The notes under the pieces are model-generated. The model made no database searches and was not told the origin of the DNA. It worked only from the letters and a program-made list of their open reading frames with translations. A stretch of DNA of 64,000 bases from an uncultured delta proteobacterium (GTDB lineage: Bacteria; Desulfobacterota; Syntrophia; Syntrophales; UBA5619). Location of the stretch: contig CAWFOM010000005.1 in NCBI GenBank assembly GCA_963817385.1, positions 32,001 to 96,000 of the forward strand, given 5' to 3'. Position 1 is the first letter of the stretch. Every line of letters starts with the position of its first letter. Below are positions 10,611 through 19,664 of this stretch, in pieces. A program made the position numbers and the translations under genes.

Positions 10611-11951
10611 ATGAACATCCTGGGTGTGGATATCGGAACGACCGGCATGAAGATGGGCGTATTTTGCGCGGACGGCGACCCCCTATCGCTGATCCGGCAG
10701 TTCAGCCGTCACTATGCCGTCAATACCTATCATGACGGCCGCTTCAGCGACATCGAGCCGGAGAAGTGGCGGCAGGCTTTCCTGGAGGGATGCCGGGCGA
10801 TGGGCGATCTGATGGGCGTCATCGATGCGATTGCCCTCTCCGGAACCACGCCGGGATTCACCGCCATGGACGCGGAAGGCGAAGCGCTCCATCCCGCCAT
10901 CCTCATGCTCGATCAGCGCTCTTCGGCTCAGGCCGAGCGCATCATCGAAATCGTCGGGCTCGCACGGCTCCTGGAGACCACCGGCAACATGCCGGTTGCC
11001 GGCGGATGCTCCCTGGCGAGCCTGCTCTGGCTAAAAGACAATCATCCCGACCTCACCGCCCGGGCCCGTCTGTTCGGACATTCCAACACCTATCTTGCAC
11101 GATGGCTGACCGGGAGAGGCGCCATCGATCCCTCCTCCGCGTCACTCACCGCCCTCTACAACACCGTGCTAAACGACCTTACCTGGAACGCTGAGATCGC
11201 CTCCCTGTTCGATCTCCCTCTCGATTTTCTCCCGGAGCTTATCCTCTCCTGGGAGAGCGCCGGACGTCTGAAAAAAGAAATCGCCGCGATGACCGGTCTC
11301 ACCCGGCAACCGCCGGTGATCATCGGGGGGAACGATGCGGTACTGGCTGCATACTCGGTAGGGATCAACCGTCCCGGCGACATCATCAATGTGAACGGCA
11401 CCTGCGAGATCACCCTGGTGTGCCTGCCCCGCTGCCTTCCCTCGGTTCGGTACAACATCCGCGCCCATGTTGTTCCGGGGATGTGGCTGACCCTCCATGT
11501 CATGAATGCGGGCGGGAAAGCGCTGGAATGGTTCCACCATCTCTTCTGCCGCGAGATGGCGCCGGAGGAGTTCTACGGCGATTTTCTGACGGGGGCGATC
11601 GACGCCTGGCTTGGCCGTGACAGCGGCGTGACGTATGTCCCGTTCCTTATGGGGTCGCGATACGACCGGCAGCCGCTCAAGGCCGAATTCCTCGGCATGA
11701 CCCAGGAGACCTCCCGCGAGGAACTCCTGGCCGCCGTGGTCCGGGGCCTGTGCCGCTACCAGCGGGAACACCTGAGCGATGTGGCTCGTCATGTGCCGCT
11801 CAGCGGGACCATCCATGTGACCGGCGGCGCTCTCAACACCGCGATGATTCGGGCGAAGAATGTGTGGATGCAAAACAGCGCCTATCTCCTCGAGGAGGAA
11901 TCTTCCCTGAAAGGCGCGGCGATGCTCGGGCGGAAATACCTGGAGAGATGA
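10611..11951 (+). CDS. FGGY-family carbohydrate kinase (xylulokinase-like)
   Basis: ILGVDIGTTGMK phosphate loop, PAILMLDQRS, GGNDA, NGT, VTGG; GAGGAG RBS. Confidence 0.85.
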   Translation: MNILGVDIGTTGMKMGVFCADGDPLSLIRQFSRHYAVNTYHDGRFSDIEPEKWRQAFLEGCRAMGDLMGVIDAIALSGTTPGFTAMDAEGEALHPAILMLDQRSSAQAERIIEIVGLARLLETTGNMPVAGGCSLASLLWLKDNHPDLTARARLFGHSNTYLARWLTGRGAIDPSSASLTALYNTVLNDLTWNAEIASLFDLPLDFLPELILSWESAGRLKKEIAAMTGLTRQPPVIIGGNDAVLAAYSVGINRPGDIINVNGTCEITLVCLPRCLPSVRYNIRAHVVPGMWLTLHVMNAGGKALEWFHHLFCREMAPEEFYGDFLTGAIDAWLGRDSGVTYVPFLMGSRYDRQPLKAEFLGMTQETSREELLAAVVRGLCRYQREHLSDVARHVPLSGTIHVTGGALNTAMIRAKNVWMQNSAYLLEEESSLKGAAMLGRKYLER

Positions 11952-12039
11952 GAGACTCCCGGGCATCCCGGTGTGCGTCGGGTCCACCTTGCCGCAGGGG
12001 ATCCTCGAGGGATGGATTCTGCCTTTAGCGGATGGGGTC

Positions 12040-12444
12040 ATGATCGACACGAAAAAGACGACACAGGATATTCTCCAGGAGGAGATGGTGCGGGAGCGGG
12101 TGGCGGTTCTGGCCCGCGCCGGGGAGCGCCTCGCCGATGCACTGGAGAAACTCCGGCGGATGGAGAGCGACATCGCGGCGGCGATGGCTCTCTGGCGCCT
12201 CAGGGAGGGAGAGGACGGGGGAAGCCGGCAGCGTCTTTGTGGCGAGATCAATGGGAAGATCCGCGCTTACAACCTCCAGCGCGACCACGTCAAGACCCGC
12301 TATTACTACCTCATCGTAACCCGCGAGGCACTGGGGATCACCCACCACCAGCGCCTCGAAGAAATCTACCGGGTGCCGCCGAAGAAACGCTGCCTTCCGG
12401 AGCGCGCGGGGCTGCGCCAGGGACCATCCCCCAGTCGAATTTGA
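12040..12444 (+). CDS. Hypothetical helical protein
   Basis: Co-directional ORF filling the gap; plausible start MIDTKK; YYLIVTREALG motif. Confidence 0.6.
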   Translation: MIDTKKTTQDILQEEMVRERVAVLARAGERLADALEKLRRMESDIAAAMALWRLREGEDGGSRQRLCGEINGKIRAYNLQRDHVKTRYYYLIVTREALGITHHQRLEEIYRVPPKKRCLPERAGLRQGPSPSRI

Positions 12445-12608
12445 CGGGACCTTGCGGAATGCGGAGGCGTCTTTACGGGAAGGAAAATGTGTGGTAGGTA
12501 AGCAGCATGATCGATGGGACTTCTCCGGGGCTGTTCGGCAACCGGGGAGCGGAGACGCCCGAAGCGGCTAAGCGGCGTTGTTTTCTCGCCGGGAGGCGGG
12601 AATGTTGG

Positions 12609-13532
12609 ATGATGGAGACGATGAACGTGACATGCACAACCGACAAGAGAATAGCTGAGCCCGCCTTCGGCGAGGCCCTCTTCGACCTCGTCAGACGGAC
12701 GGCCTATGAGCTGCCCGCGGATGTCGAGGAGGCTCTGAAGCGTGCCTACAACGACGAGGCGCCCGACTCCACGGCGCGGACGATACTCGCGGCATTTCTG
12801 GAAAACATGCGGCTGGCCAGGGAAAAGCGGGTCCCGCTCTGCCAGGATACGGGGATGCCCCTCTTTTTCATCCACCACCCTCCGGGCGTCTCCCGCAGGG
12901 CGCTGCGCACGGCGTGCGAAGAGGCCGTGGCGCGGGCGACGAGGGAGCAGTACCTGAGGCACAACGCCGTCGATTCCGTCACCGGCAAGAACAGCGGAAA
13001 CAATGTGGGCAAGGGCTTTCCCGGGCTCTTCTGCGAGGAGTGGGACGATGGCGCGATCTCGGTTGCCCTGATGCTCAAGGGCGGTGGAAGCGAAAACGTA
13101 GGCCGACAGTACAGCCTGCCCGACGATTCCCTCAACGCCGGCCGCGACCTGGAAGGGGTCCGGCGGGTCGTCCTGGACGCCGTCCGCAAGGCGGAGGGGA
13201 AGGGATGCCCCCCGGGGATCCTGGGGATCTGCATCGGCGCCGACCGCGGCTCCGGCTATATCCATTCCAAGCATCAGCTGCTGCGCCCCCTGGGCGACAC
13301 GAACCCCGATCCCGGCTTGGCGGAGCTGGAAGGGCGGATCCTCCGCGAGGCCAACACCCTGGGGATCGGTCCCCTGGGACTCGGGGGAAAGACGACCCTC
13401 CTGGGGGTCAAGATCGGCGCCCTCCACCGCGTCCCCGCCAGTTTCTTCGTCACGGTGACCTATATGTGCTGGGAGCACCGCCGGCGGGAGATCCGGATCG
13501 AAGCTGACGGCAGCTATCGCTTTACAGGATGA
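12609..13532 (+). CDS. Fe-S fumarate hydratase/tartrate dehydratase alpha subunit
   Basis: PLCQDTG, KGGGSEN, GCPPG, GIGPLGLGG, HRVPAS; start could be 12609-12621. Confidence 0.9.
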   Translation: MMETMNVTCTTDKRIAEPAFGEALFDLVRRTAYELPADVEEALKRAYNDEAPDSTARTILAAFLENMRLAREKRVPLCQDTGMPLFFIHHPPGVSRRALRTACEEAVARATREQYLRHNAVDSVTGKNSGNNVGKGFPGLFCEEWDDGAISVALMLKGGGSENVGRQYSLPDDSLNAGRDLEGVRRVVLDAVRKAEGKGCPPGILGICIGADRGSGYIHSKHQLLRPLGDTNPDPGLAELEGRILREANTLGIGPLGLGGKTTLLGVKIGALHRVPASFFVTVTYMCWEHRRREIRIEADGSYRFTG

Positions 13533-13542
13533 GGAGACGATC

Positions 13543-14157
13543 ATGATCGAATTGAACATACCCATCAGCGAAGAGAAGATCCTGTCGCTCCACGCCGGAG
13601 ACGTCGTGGCGATCTCCGGGATCGCGACGACCGGACGGGATGCGGCCCACAAATACCTGGTGGAGCGTCTCATCGAGGGAAAGAAACCCCTCGCACCCGA
13701 GGACCAGCGGATCTATGACGAGCTTAAGGCGATCTACCGGGGCGGGGCGATCTACCACAGCGGTCCCATCGTCCGCAACACCGACGGCCGCTGGAGCATC
13801 GTCTCCTCCGGGCCGACGACGAGCATCCGCGACGAGATCTACGAGGACAAGGTGATCGCCGCCTTCGGGCTTCGGGTGGTGATCGGCAAGGGGGGGATGG
13901 GTCCCCGGACGCTCGCCGCCTGCAAGGCCCACAAAGCCGTCTATGTCCATGGGATGGGCGGGGCCGGCGTGACCAACGCCCGGGCCATGGTCGAGGTCCT
14001 CGATGTTTTCAAGAAGGAGGAGTTCGGCCTCCCCGAGGCCTTCTGGAAGATCCGGTTCGACCACTTCCCGGGGATCGTCACCATGGACGCCCACGGACGG
14101 AGCCTCCACGAGGAGCTGGACAAGACCTTCGACGAGCGTCTGGCTGCACTTCTCTGA
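13543..14157 (+). CDS. Fe-S fumarate hydratase/tartrate dehydratase beta subunit
   Basis: TGRDAAHK, YHSGP, GPTTSIR, IGKGGM, MDAHGRSL. Confidence 0.92.
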   Translation: MIELNIPISEEKILSLHAGDVVAISGIATTGRDAAHKYLVERLIEGKKPLAPEDQRIYDELKAIYRGGAIYHSGPIVRNTDGRWSIVSSGPTTSIRDEIYEDKVIAAFGLRVVIGKGGMGPRTLAACKAHKAVYVHGMGGAGVTNARAMVEVLDVFKKEEFGLPEAFWKIRFDHFPGIVTMDAHGRSLHEELDKTFDERLAALL

Positions 14158-14289
14158 GAGCGGTCCGCCGGGGCCCGGGACGGCGCAAACGCAGGCTGCC
14201 CGGCCGGCATAGCCGTCGGCTACTGATAATCGGCGTCTCCCTCAGCACGCTGCGGGAGAAGTGGTTCTACACAACAAGAGGTAAAGCAT

Positions 14290-15051
14290 ATGCGTTTTCA
14301 GGGGAAGACGGCCCTGGTGACCGGCGGTTCCAAGGGGATCGGGCGCGCCACGGCGCTCCGGCTCGGGAGTGAGGGGGCGGCGGTGGCGGTGAACGGCCGG
14401 GACGCGGCCGCGGTGGAGCAGGTGGTGGGCGAGATCCGGCGCGCGGGCGGACGGGCCATGGATGCCTTGGCCGACGTGACACGTACGGATGATGTTGCCG
14501 GGATGACAAAGAAGGTTATCGCCGAGTTCGGCGCCATTGACATCCTGGTGAATAACGCTGGCGGCGGCACCATGGCCCGGTGGCTGGACGACCTGGACGA
14601 AGAGGCCTGGGACCGGAGTCTTGCGGCCAATCTCAAGAGTACGTTCTTGGTCACCAGAGCGGTTGCTCCCCATATGCGGGAGCGCCGCCGGGGGTGCATC
14701 GTGATGGTGGCGTCGATCGCGGGACGGAACATGGCCCGTCTCTCCGGGCCCGATTACAGCGCCGCAAAGGGAGGCATGCTCGCTTTCATGCGGCACATGG
14801 CGGTGGAACTGGGACCGCACGGCGTAACCGTGAATGCGGTGGCGCCCGGCCCGACCATGGTCGAGCGCGTGGCGAAGAAGTGGGAGATCAAGGGGGAAGA
14901 GGAGCGCCGGAGGATTCTCAGCACCATCCCCCTGGGACGTCCCGCACGGCCGGAGGAGGTGGCGGCGGCGATTGCGTTTCTCGCCTCCGATGACGCCTCC
15001 TACATCACCGGGGCGTGCCTCGACGTGAACGGCGGCGCGTTCATGATGTAA
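14290..15051 (+). CDS. SDR family oxidoreductase (FabG-like)
   Basis: TGGSKGIG, NNAG, YSAAK catalytic motif, NAVAPG. Confidence 0.93.
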   Translation: MRFQGKTALVTGGSKGIGRATALRLGSEGAAVAVNGRDAAAVEQVVGEIRRAGGRAMDALADVTRTDDVAGMTKKVIAEFGAIDILVNNAGGGTMARWLDDLDEEAWDRSLAANLKSTFLVTRAVAPHMRERRRGCIVMVASIAGRNMARLSGPDYSAAKGGMLAFMRHMAVELGPHGVTVNAVAPGPTMVERVAKKWEIKGEEERRRILSTIPLGRPARPEEVAAAIAFLASDDASYITGACLDVNGGAFMM

Positions 15052-15062
15052 TATCTTCAATA

Positions 15063-15698
15063 TCAACGGGAGTCGGGGATCGCGGCCCATGCGCCAAGGC
15101 CGATGAAGCAGCCGCCGGTCAACCAGCGAAGGCGCGATGCAACGCCCGACTGTTTTTGCAGCCACCGGCCGATACCGCCCGCGAAATATCCAACCATACC
15201 ATAGAGGAGAACCGTCAGGAGCATGTAGATGCCGCCCAGGAGGAGCAGCTGCGGTGCTGCGTTCGGGGCGGTGGCGTTGAGGAATTGCGGCAGGAAGCTC
15301 AGGAAGAACAGGATCGTCTTTGGATTGCCCATGCTCGCCGCGATGCTCTGCCCGATAATCGCTCGTTTCCTCGTCGCACCGAGAGGCGCGGTGACGAGCG
15401 GCCGATCGTGATCGGTCAGGGTCCTCACACCCAGATAGATCAGATAGCAACTGCCGCCGTATTTGATTACCTGGAATGTCAGATACGAAGAGCGGATCAG
15501 GGCGGCAACCCCGATTGCGGCAAGGGTGGTATGCAGCATCACCCCGCACCCGAGCCCCAGCGCCGCCATGAGGGCGGGGCGACGGCCGTGGGTAACACCC
15601 CGCGTGAGCACGTAGAGAAAATTGGGGCCGGGTGTCAGGATGAGAATGGAGGCAGTGAGGCAAAACAGGCTCAATTGCGTGTTTGTAGGCATAGGCAT
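15063..15698 (-). CDS. LysE/RhtB family amino-acid exporter
   Basis: TPGPNFLYV, KYGGSCYLIYLG, NPKTILFFLSFLPQF. Confidence 0.92.
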   Translation of the reverse strand: MPMPTNTQLSLFCLTASILILTPGPNFLYVLTRGVTHGRRPALMAALGLGCGVMLHTTLAAIGVAALIRSSYLTFQVIKYGGSCYLIYLGVRTLTDHDRPLVTAPLGATRKRAIIGQSIAASMGNPKTILFFLSFLPQFLNATAPNAAPQLLLLGGIYMLLTVLLYGMVGYFAGGIGRWLQKQSGVASRLRWLTGGCFIGLGAWAAIPDSR

Positions 15699-15976
15699 AA
15701 TGCTCTGCTTCAGTGGGTACGTTCAGCGATCTGCTACATATGGCGACCCCATCGGGTCAAATCTGAGCAAGCCATTTCTATCCAGAATTCCGCCAAATCC
15801 AAAAGGCGCAGGCAGGAAAGCAAATATTGCCCGGAATAGATAGCCTTTTTTGTTTTTATGAGGCCCGTGCGACAATTCCTATCGAGCATGTCGCGATTAT
15901 AGTGTTAGCTCGAAGTTACCAATGACCGCTTGCCGGATGATTTCGGGTCCTGCAGCAGTATGATTATGCATACGCC

Positions 15977-16483
15977 TCAGCGGTTCAAGGCCTTATTATA
16001 TGCTTGTTCATTATAGCCGTTGATGCCTACTCCGTCAATGACTGCAAAAGGCACGCCCTTATTGCGATCAAACTGCTCTTTACGGCGGGCAGCTTCCTGG
16101 TCTTTTTCAATGTCGTATTCAATGAATGGAATTCCTTTGGATTGAAAGAACACCCTGGCCTTTTTGCACCAGGGACACCAGCTTGTGGTATACAACTCAA
16201 CCTTTCGTTCTTTTACCGATGGTCTTTGTTGAGCGGCATGCGGCGGATTTGCCCCCGTCTCTTTGGCTTCTATCGGATTCCTCTTGTCTGTTTGATAGGT
16301 CGGTAACGTCTCAATTTTTGCATTATCGACATGCTGAGGCGGCGTATCCGAAACATGCACCGCACCATTTTGGTCGACCCACTTGTACATACCGGCGATT
16401 GAGCTCTCTGCAAAAACGCTGACTACGAAAAAGACCAGAAAGGTTTCCAGGAAGATAAGATATTTCCAGATTGGTTTTGTCAA
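15977..16483 (-). CDS. Exported DUF4124 + glutaredoxin domain protein
   Basis: Signal peptide, MYKWVDQNGAVHVSDTPP, YTTSWCPWC, GVP. Confidence 0.85.
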   Translation of the reverse strand: MTKPIWKYLIFLETFLVFFVVSVFAESSIAGMYKWVDQNGAVHVSDTPPQHVDNAKIETLPTYQTDKRNPIEAKETGANPPHAAQQRPSVKERKVELYTTSWCPWCKKARVFFQSKGIPFIEYDIEKDQEAARRKEQFDRNKGVPFAVIDGVGINGYNEQAYNKALNR

Positions 16484-16649
16484 GTGGATGTCCCCTTAAA
16501 GGCAAGGCCTTCTCTTCTTCAGTAGAAAACTTGACCTGAAACGACACGATCCAAGGCATCACCGGATCATCCCCTGGATATGTGATCAATTGTCCAGGGG
16601 AGTTACCGGTGACCGCAAGATTCCAGGATTCGCGCTCCTTGGGGGCGGA

Positions 16650-17942
16650 TCAGCTGGCGGCGCCCGCCTTGAGGAACCGGTTGTACGTCTTCATGGCGCA
16701 GAGCTCCCCGCACATCGTGCAGACATCCTTGTCCTTGTCCTCGGTCAGGCAGCGGACCCGTCTGGCCTTCGCGGGGTCGATGGAGAGCTTGAACATCGTT
16801 TCCCAGTCGAAGCGCCTCCTGGCCCGGGACATGTTCTCGTTTCTCTGCCACGCGCCCTCGACCCCCTTCTCGATATCCCCGATATGGGCCGCAATGCACG
16901 AGGCGATCACCCCCTCGTAGACGTCCTTGACCGTGGGAAGACCCAGGTGTTCGGCTGGGGTGACATAACAGAGGAAATCGGCGCCATTTGCGGCGGCGAT
17001 CGCCCCGCCGATCGCCCCGACGATGTGGTCGTAGCCGGGGGCGATGTCCGTGGGGAGCGGCCCCAGGACGTAATAAGGGGCGCCGTTGCAGATCCGTTTC
17101 TGCATCTGCATGTCCGCGGCGATACGCCGCAGGGGGACGTGGCCCGGTCCCTCCACCATCACCTGGACTCCCGCTCCTCTCGCCCGATCCACGAGCTCCC
17201 CGAGAACGATCAGCTCCGCGGTCTGCGCCCGGTCCTCCGCATCGCAGATCGTCCCCGGCCGCAGCCCGTCGCCTAGGGACAGGGTGACATCGTATCCCCG
17301 GGCTATGTCGAGCAGCCGGTCGTACTGTTCATAGAGCGGGTTCTCGCGCTGATGGAGCTTCATCCACTCCGCCATCAGGCTCCCGCCGCGCGAGACGATC
17401 CCCATGATCCGGTCGGTCTTCTCGAGAACGGCCAGGGTTCTGGTCGAAATGCCGCAGTGGAGGGTCATGAAATCAACGCCCATCCTGGCCTCGTGTTCGA
17501 TGTCGGCGAAGATGGCATCCTCGGTGAGGTCCTTGCAGGTGAGGCCGCCGGCGAAGAGTTTGCTGACGGAGCGGTAGATGGGCACCGTGCCGATCATGAC
17601 GGAGGAGTGCTCGATCATCCCGGCGAGGATGGCATCGATGTCGCCCCCCGTGGAGAGGTCCATAACGGCATCCGCCCCGGCATCGATGGCCACGGAGAGT
17701 TTGTCGAGTTCTTCCGGGAGGTTGGCATGACTTGCCGAGGTTCCGATATTGGCATTGATCTTTGTCGAGAGTCCCTGGCCGATCCCTCTGGCCTCAAAGG
17801 CGTGTAACCTGTTTTTCGGGATCACCACCAAGCCTGCCGCCACTTTGCCGCAGATCTCCTCCGGGGATACACCGTCATGCTGTGCAGCCTGGACCATTTC
17901 CGGGGTTATCTCCCCTTTCCTGGCTGATTCGAGTTGGGTCAT
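16650..17942 (-). CDS. thiC: Phosphomethylpyrimidine synthase ThiC
   Basis: KINANIGTS, MDLSTGG, SRGGS, LSLGDGLRPG, EGPGH, CYVTPAEHL, CTMCGELC; TPP riboswitch upstream. Confidence 0.93.
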   Translation of the reverse strand: MTQLESARKGEITPEMVQAAQHDGVSPEEICGKVAAGLVVIPKNRLHAFEARGIGQGLSTKINANIGTSASHANLPEELDKLSVAIDAGADAVMDLSTGGDIDAILAGMIEHSSVMIGTVPIYRSVSKLFAGGLTCKDLTEDAIFADIEHEARMGVDFMTLHCGISTRTLAVLEKTDRIMGIVSRGGSLMAEWMKLHQRENPLYEQYDRLLDIARGYDVTLSLGDGLRPGTICDAEDRAQTAELIVLGELVDRARGAGVQVMVEGPGHVPLRRIAADMQMQKRICNGAPYYVLGPLPTDIAPGYDHIVGAIGGAIAAANGADFLCYVTPAEHLGLPTVKDVYEGVIASCIAAHIGDIEKGVEGAWQRNENMSRARRRFDWETMFKLSIDPAKARRVRCLTEDKDKDVCTMCGELCAMKTYNRFLKAGAAS

Positions 17943-17966
17943 GGTATGCGCCTCCTTTCAAAGCAT

Positions 17967-17998
17967 AAAGGCCGCCTCCCTGATGGAAAGCGGCCTTT
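17967..17998 (-). terminator. Riboswitch expression-platform hairpin
   Basis: AAAGGCCGC...GCGGCCTTT stem followed by ATGCTTT, just before the thiC RBS. Confidence 0.6.
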
Positions 17999-18016
17999 TG
18001 CGGATTGCATACCGAG

Positions 18017-18110
18017 GCTCATTTCCCTACGCAGGCATTACCCTGATCAGGTCGGTAAAGGGTCGCCGGAAATCCGGTATCTCAGTCCGATGAGGACACC
18101 CCTAACGAGC
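18017..18110 (-). ncRNA. TPP (THI-box) riboswitch
   Basis: Minus strand GGGGTG...CTGAGA...ACCCTT...ACCTGATCAGGGTAATGCCTGCGTAGGGAA, with P1 GCTCGTT/AATGAGC. Confidence 0.95.
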
Positions 18111-18439
18111 GTCTAAAGGATACGCCGTAGAACGCGCCCCTGTCAAGGAAATTGTGGCCAAAAGTTCTGCACACTTCAAGAAAAGATTGCCCGTTCCTAC
18201 TGGCCGAACTCGAGCGATAACCTCTTCCGACCACCAGCCTGATTTTTTCCAGCACATACGGCTTTCGGACATACATCCCGAATCCCTACCCCTGGCCCTG
18301 CCGGAAGGGTTTCTGCCGCTGCGGTATAGGGACTGGGGTAGTTCTCAGCGGGTATTCTCCTGTCGGGGTCGGGTAAATCAATTCCCGTTTTGTGGGAATA
18401 ATTTTCCTGGCGGTGATTTCTCGCGACCCCAAAAAAATA

Positions 18440-18452
18440 CAACTGGTTGATA
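18440..18452 (-). promoter_or_regulatory. IHF binding site
   Basis: TATCAACCAGTTG matches WATCAANNNNTTR, in an AT-rich tract just upstream of a -24/-12 element. Confidence 0.6.
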
Positions 18453-18471
18453 TAAAATAATAATTTATTTG

Positions 18472-18487
18472 TGGCATCGCGATTGCA
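18472..18487 (+). promoter_or_regulatory. Sigma-54 (-24/-12) promoter
   Basis: TGGCATCGCGATTGCA (GG-N10-GC), 32 bp before the GGDEF start. Confidence 0.75.
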
Positions 18488-18519
18488 TGGTAATTAGCCG
18501 GTATGAAAGGAGAAAGGCT

Positions 18520-19608
18520 ATGAATCAGACCCTCAAAAGAATCTGTCTCCAGGCGGTCAATGCTTTGGGAATTTCTTACCAGCTGGCCCGGGGAGTCGAC
18601 TACAAGACCCTCAGCCAGCACATCCTGTCAATCCATCAGCTCAAAGACATCGACAGTATCCTCTACCAGTCCTCCTGCTGTTTAAAGGAGATTCTAGACT
18701 ATGACCTGTTTGCCTTCGCTATGGGTGACCAGGCAAACGTTGATGTCTGGATCGATCCGAAGTTCCAGTTCAACAACGCCGCCATCCTCAATATCATCAA
18801 GTCAGACCTGGGTATGACCAACGGCGTTTGTACGGTGCACCATTTCGATGACGACAGCCCTCAAGGGAGTGGCAATATTTTGGCGCTTCAACTGAATAAC
18901 CTGCTCAGTTACCGTGTTGCAGACACCGATTTCACGGCTCGGTTGTATATTCTTCCGAACCGGAATGTCATGCCATATCATCATGATATCGTTGAGACGA
19001 TCTTGAAAGTCGTAGGGACCTCACTCTCCCATTGCATGAGCATCAAGCGGCTCCAGGATACCGTCGTCATCGATCCTCTTACCCTGTGCTATAACCGGCG
19101 GGCTCTGGATGGATTCATTGACCATGCCATCGCCAGCACCCGGAGATATGGGAGTGACCTGTCGGCGGTCATGTTTGACCTGGACAACTTCAAAAAAATC
19201 AATGACACCTACGGGCATCAGGCTGGAGATGACGTTCTGAAAGCCGTATGCCGAACCATCCTGTCTACGATCCGAAAATGTGATTATCTCGTCCGCTACG
19301 GAGGCGATGAATTTGTCCTGATCATGCCGGAGACCAAACTCGGCCGGGCTGTGGATGTCGCCGACCGGCTCCGGAAGATCATTGAGAACCTGGCAATTCA
19401 ATGGGAGGGGAACTGCATCCGCGTCACGGCCAGCTGCGGCGTTGCCCATCTGAAAACGGACTACGACAAGAACCTCCTGCTCCAGGATGCCGACAAGAGG
19501 CTCTACGATGCCAAAGCCAGGGGGAGAAACCGGACCATGCCCGACATGAGGCTCCTCTCCTTTGAAGCCGCCACCATGCCGGATCCCGCTTATCAGTATC
19601 TGAATTGA
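18520..19608 (+). CDS. Diguanylate cyclase (GGDEF)
   Basis: DPLTLCYNRR, DLDNFKKINDTYGHQAGD, RKCD I-site, RYGGDEF; AAGGAG RBS. Confidence 0.93.
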   Translation: MNQTLKRICLQAVNALGISYQLARGVDYKTLSQHILSIHQLKDIDSILYQSSCCLKEILDYDLFAFAMGDQANVDVWIDPKFQFNNAAILNIIKSDLGMTNGVCTVHHFDDDSPQGSGNILALQLNNLLSYRVADTDFTARLYILPNRNVMPYHHDIVETILKVVGTSLSHCMSIKRLQDTVVIDPLTLCYNRRALDGFIDHAIASTRRYGSDLSAVMFDLDNFKKINDTYGHQAGDDVLKAVCRTILSTIRKCDYLVRYGGDEFVLIMPETKLGRAVDVADRLRKIIENLAIQWEGNCIRVTASCGVAHLKTDYDKNLLLQDADKRLYDAKARGRNRTMPDMRLLSFEAATMPDPAYQYLN

Positions 19609-19623
19609 TTAATCATCTGCAGG

Positions 19624-19659
19624 AGACAAGCCCGCCGCCTGAAGGCGGCGGGCTTGTCT
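19624..19659. terminator. Perfect 16-bp hairpin between convergent genes
   Basis: AGACAAGCCCGCCGCC-TGAA-GGCGGCGGGCTTGTCT. Confidence 0.7.
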
Positions 19660-19664
19660 GATTT

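Noticed and set aside
15063..16560. Lower-GC LysE/glutaredoxin stretch as a mobile cassette
   Set aside because: No attC sites, inverted repeats, target duplications or mobility genes seen.
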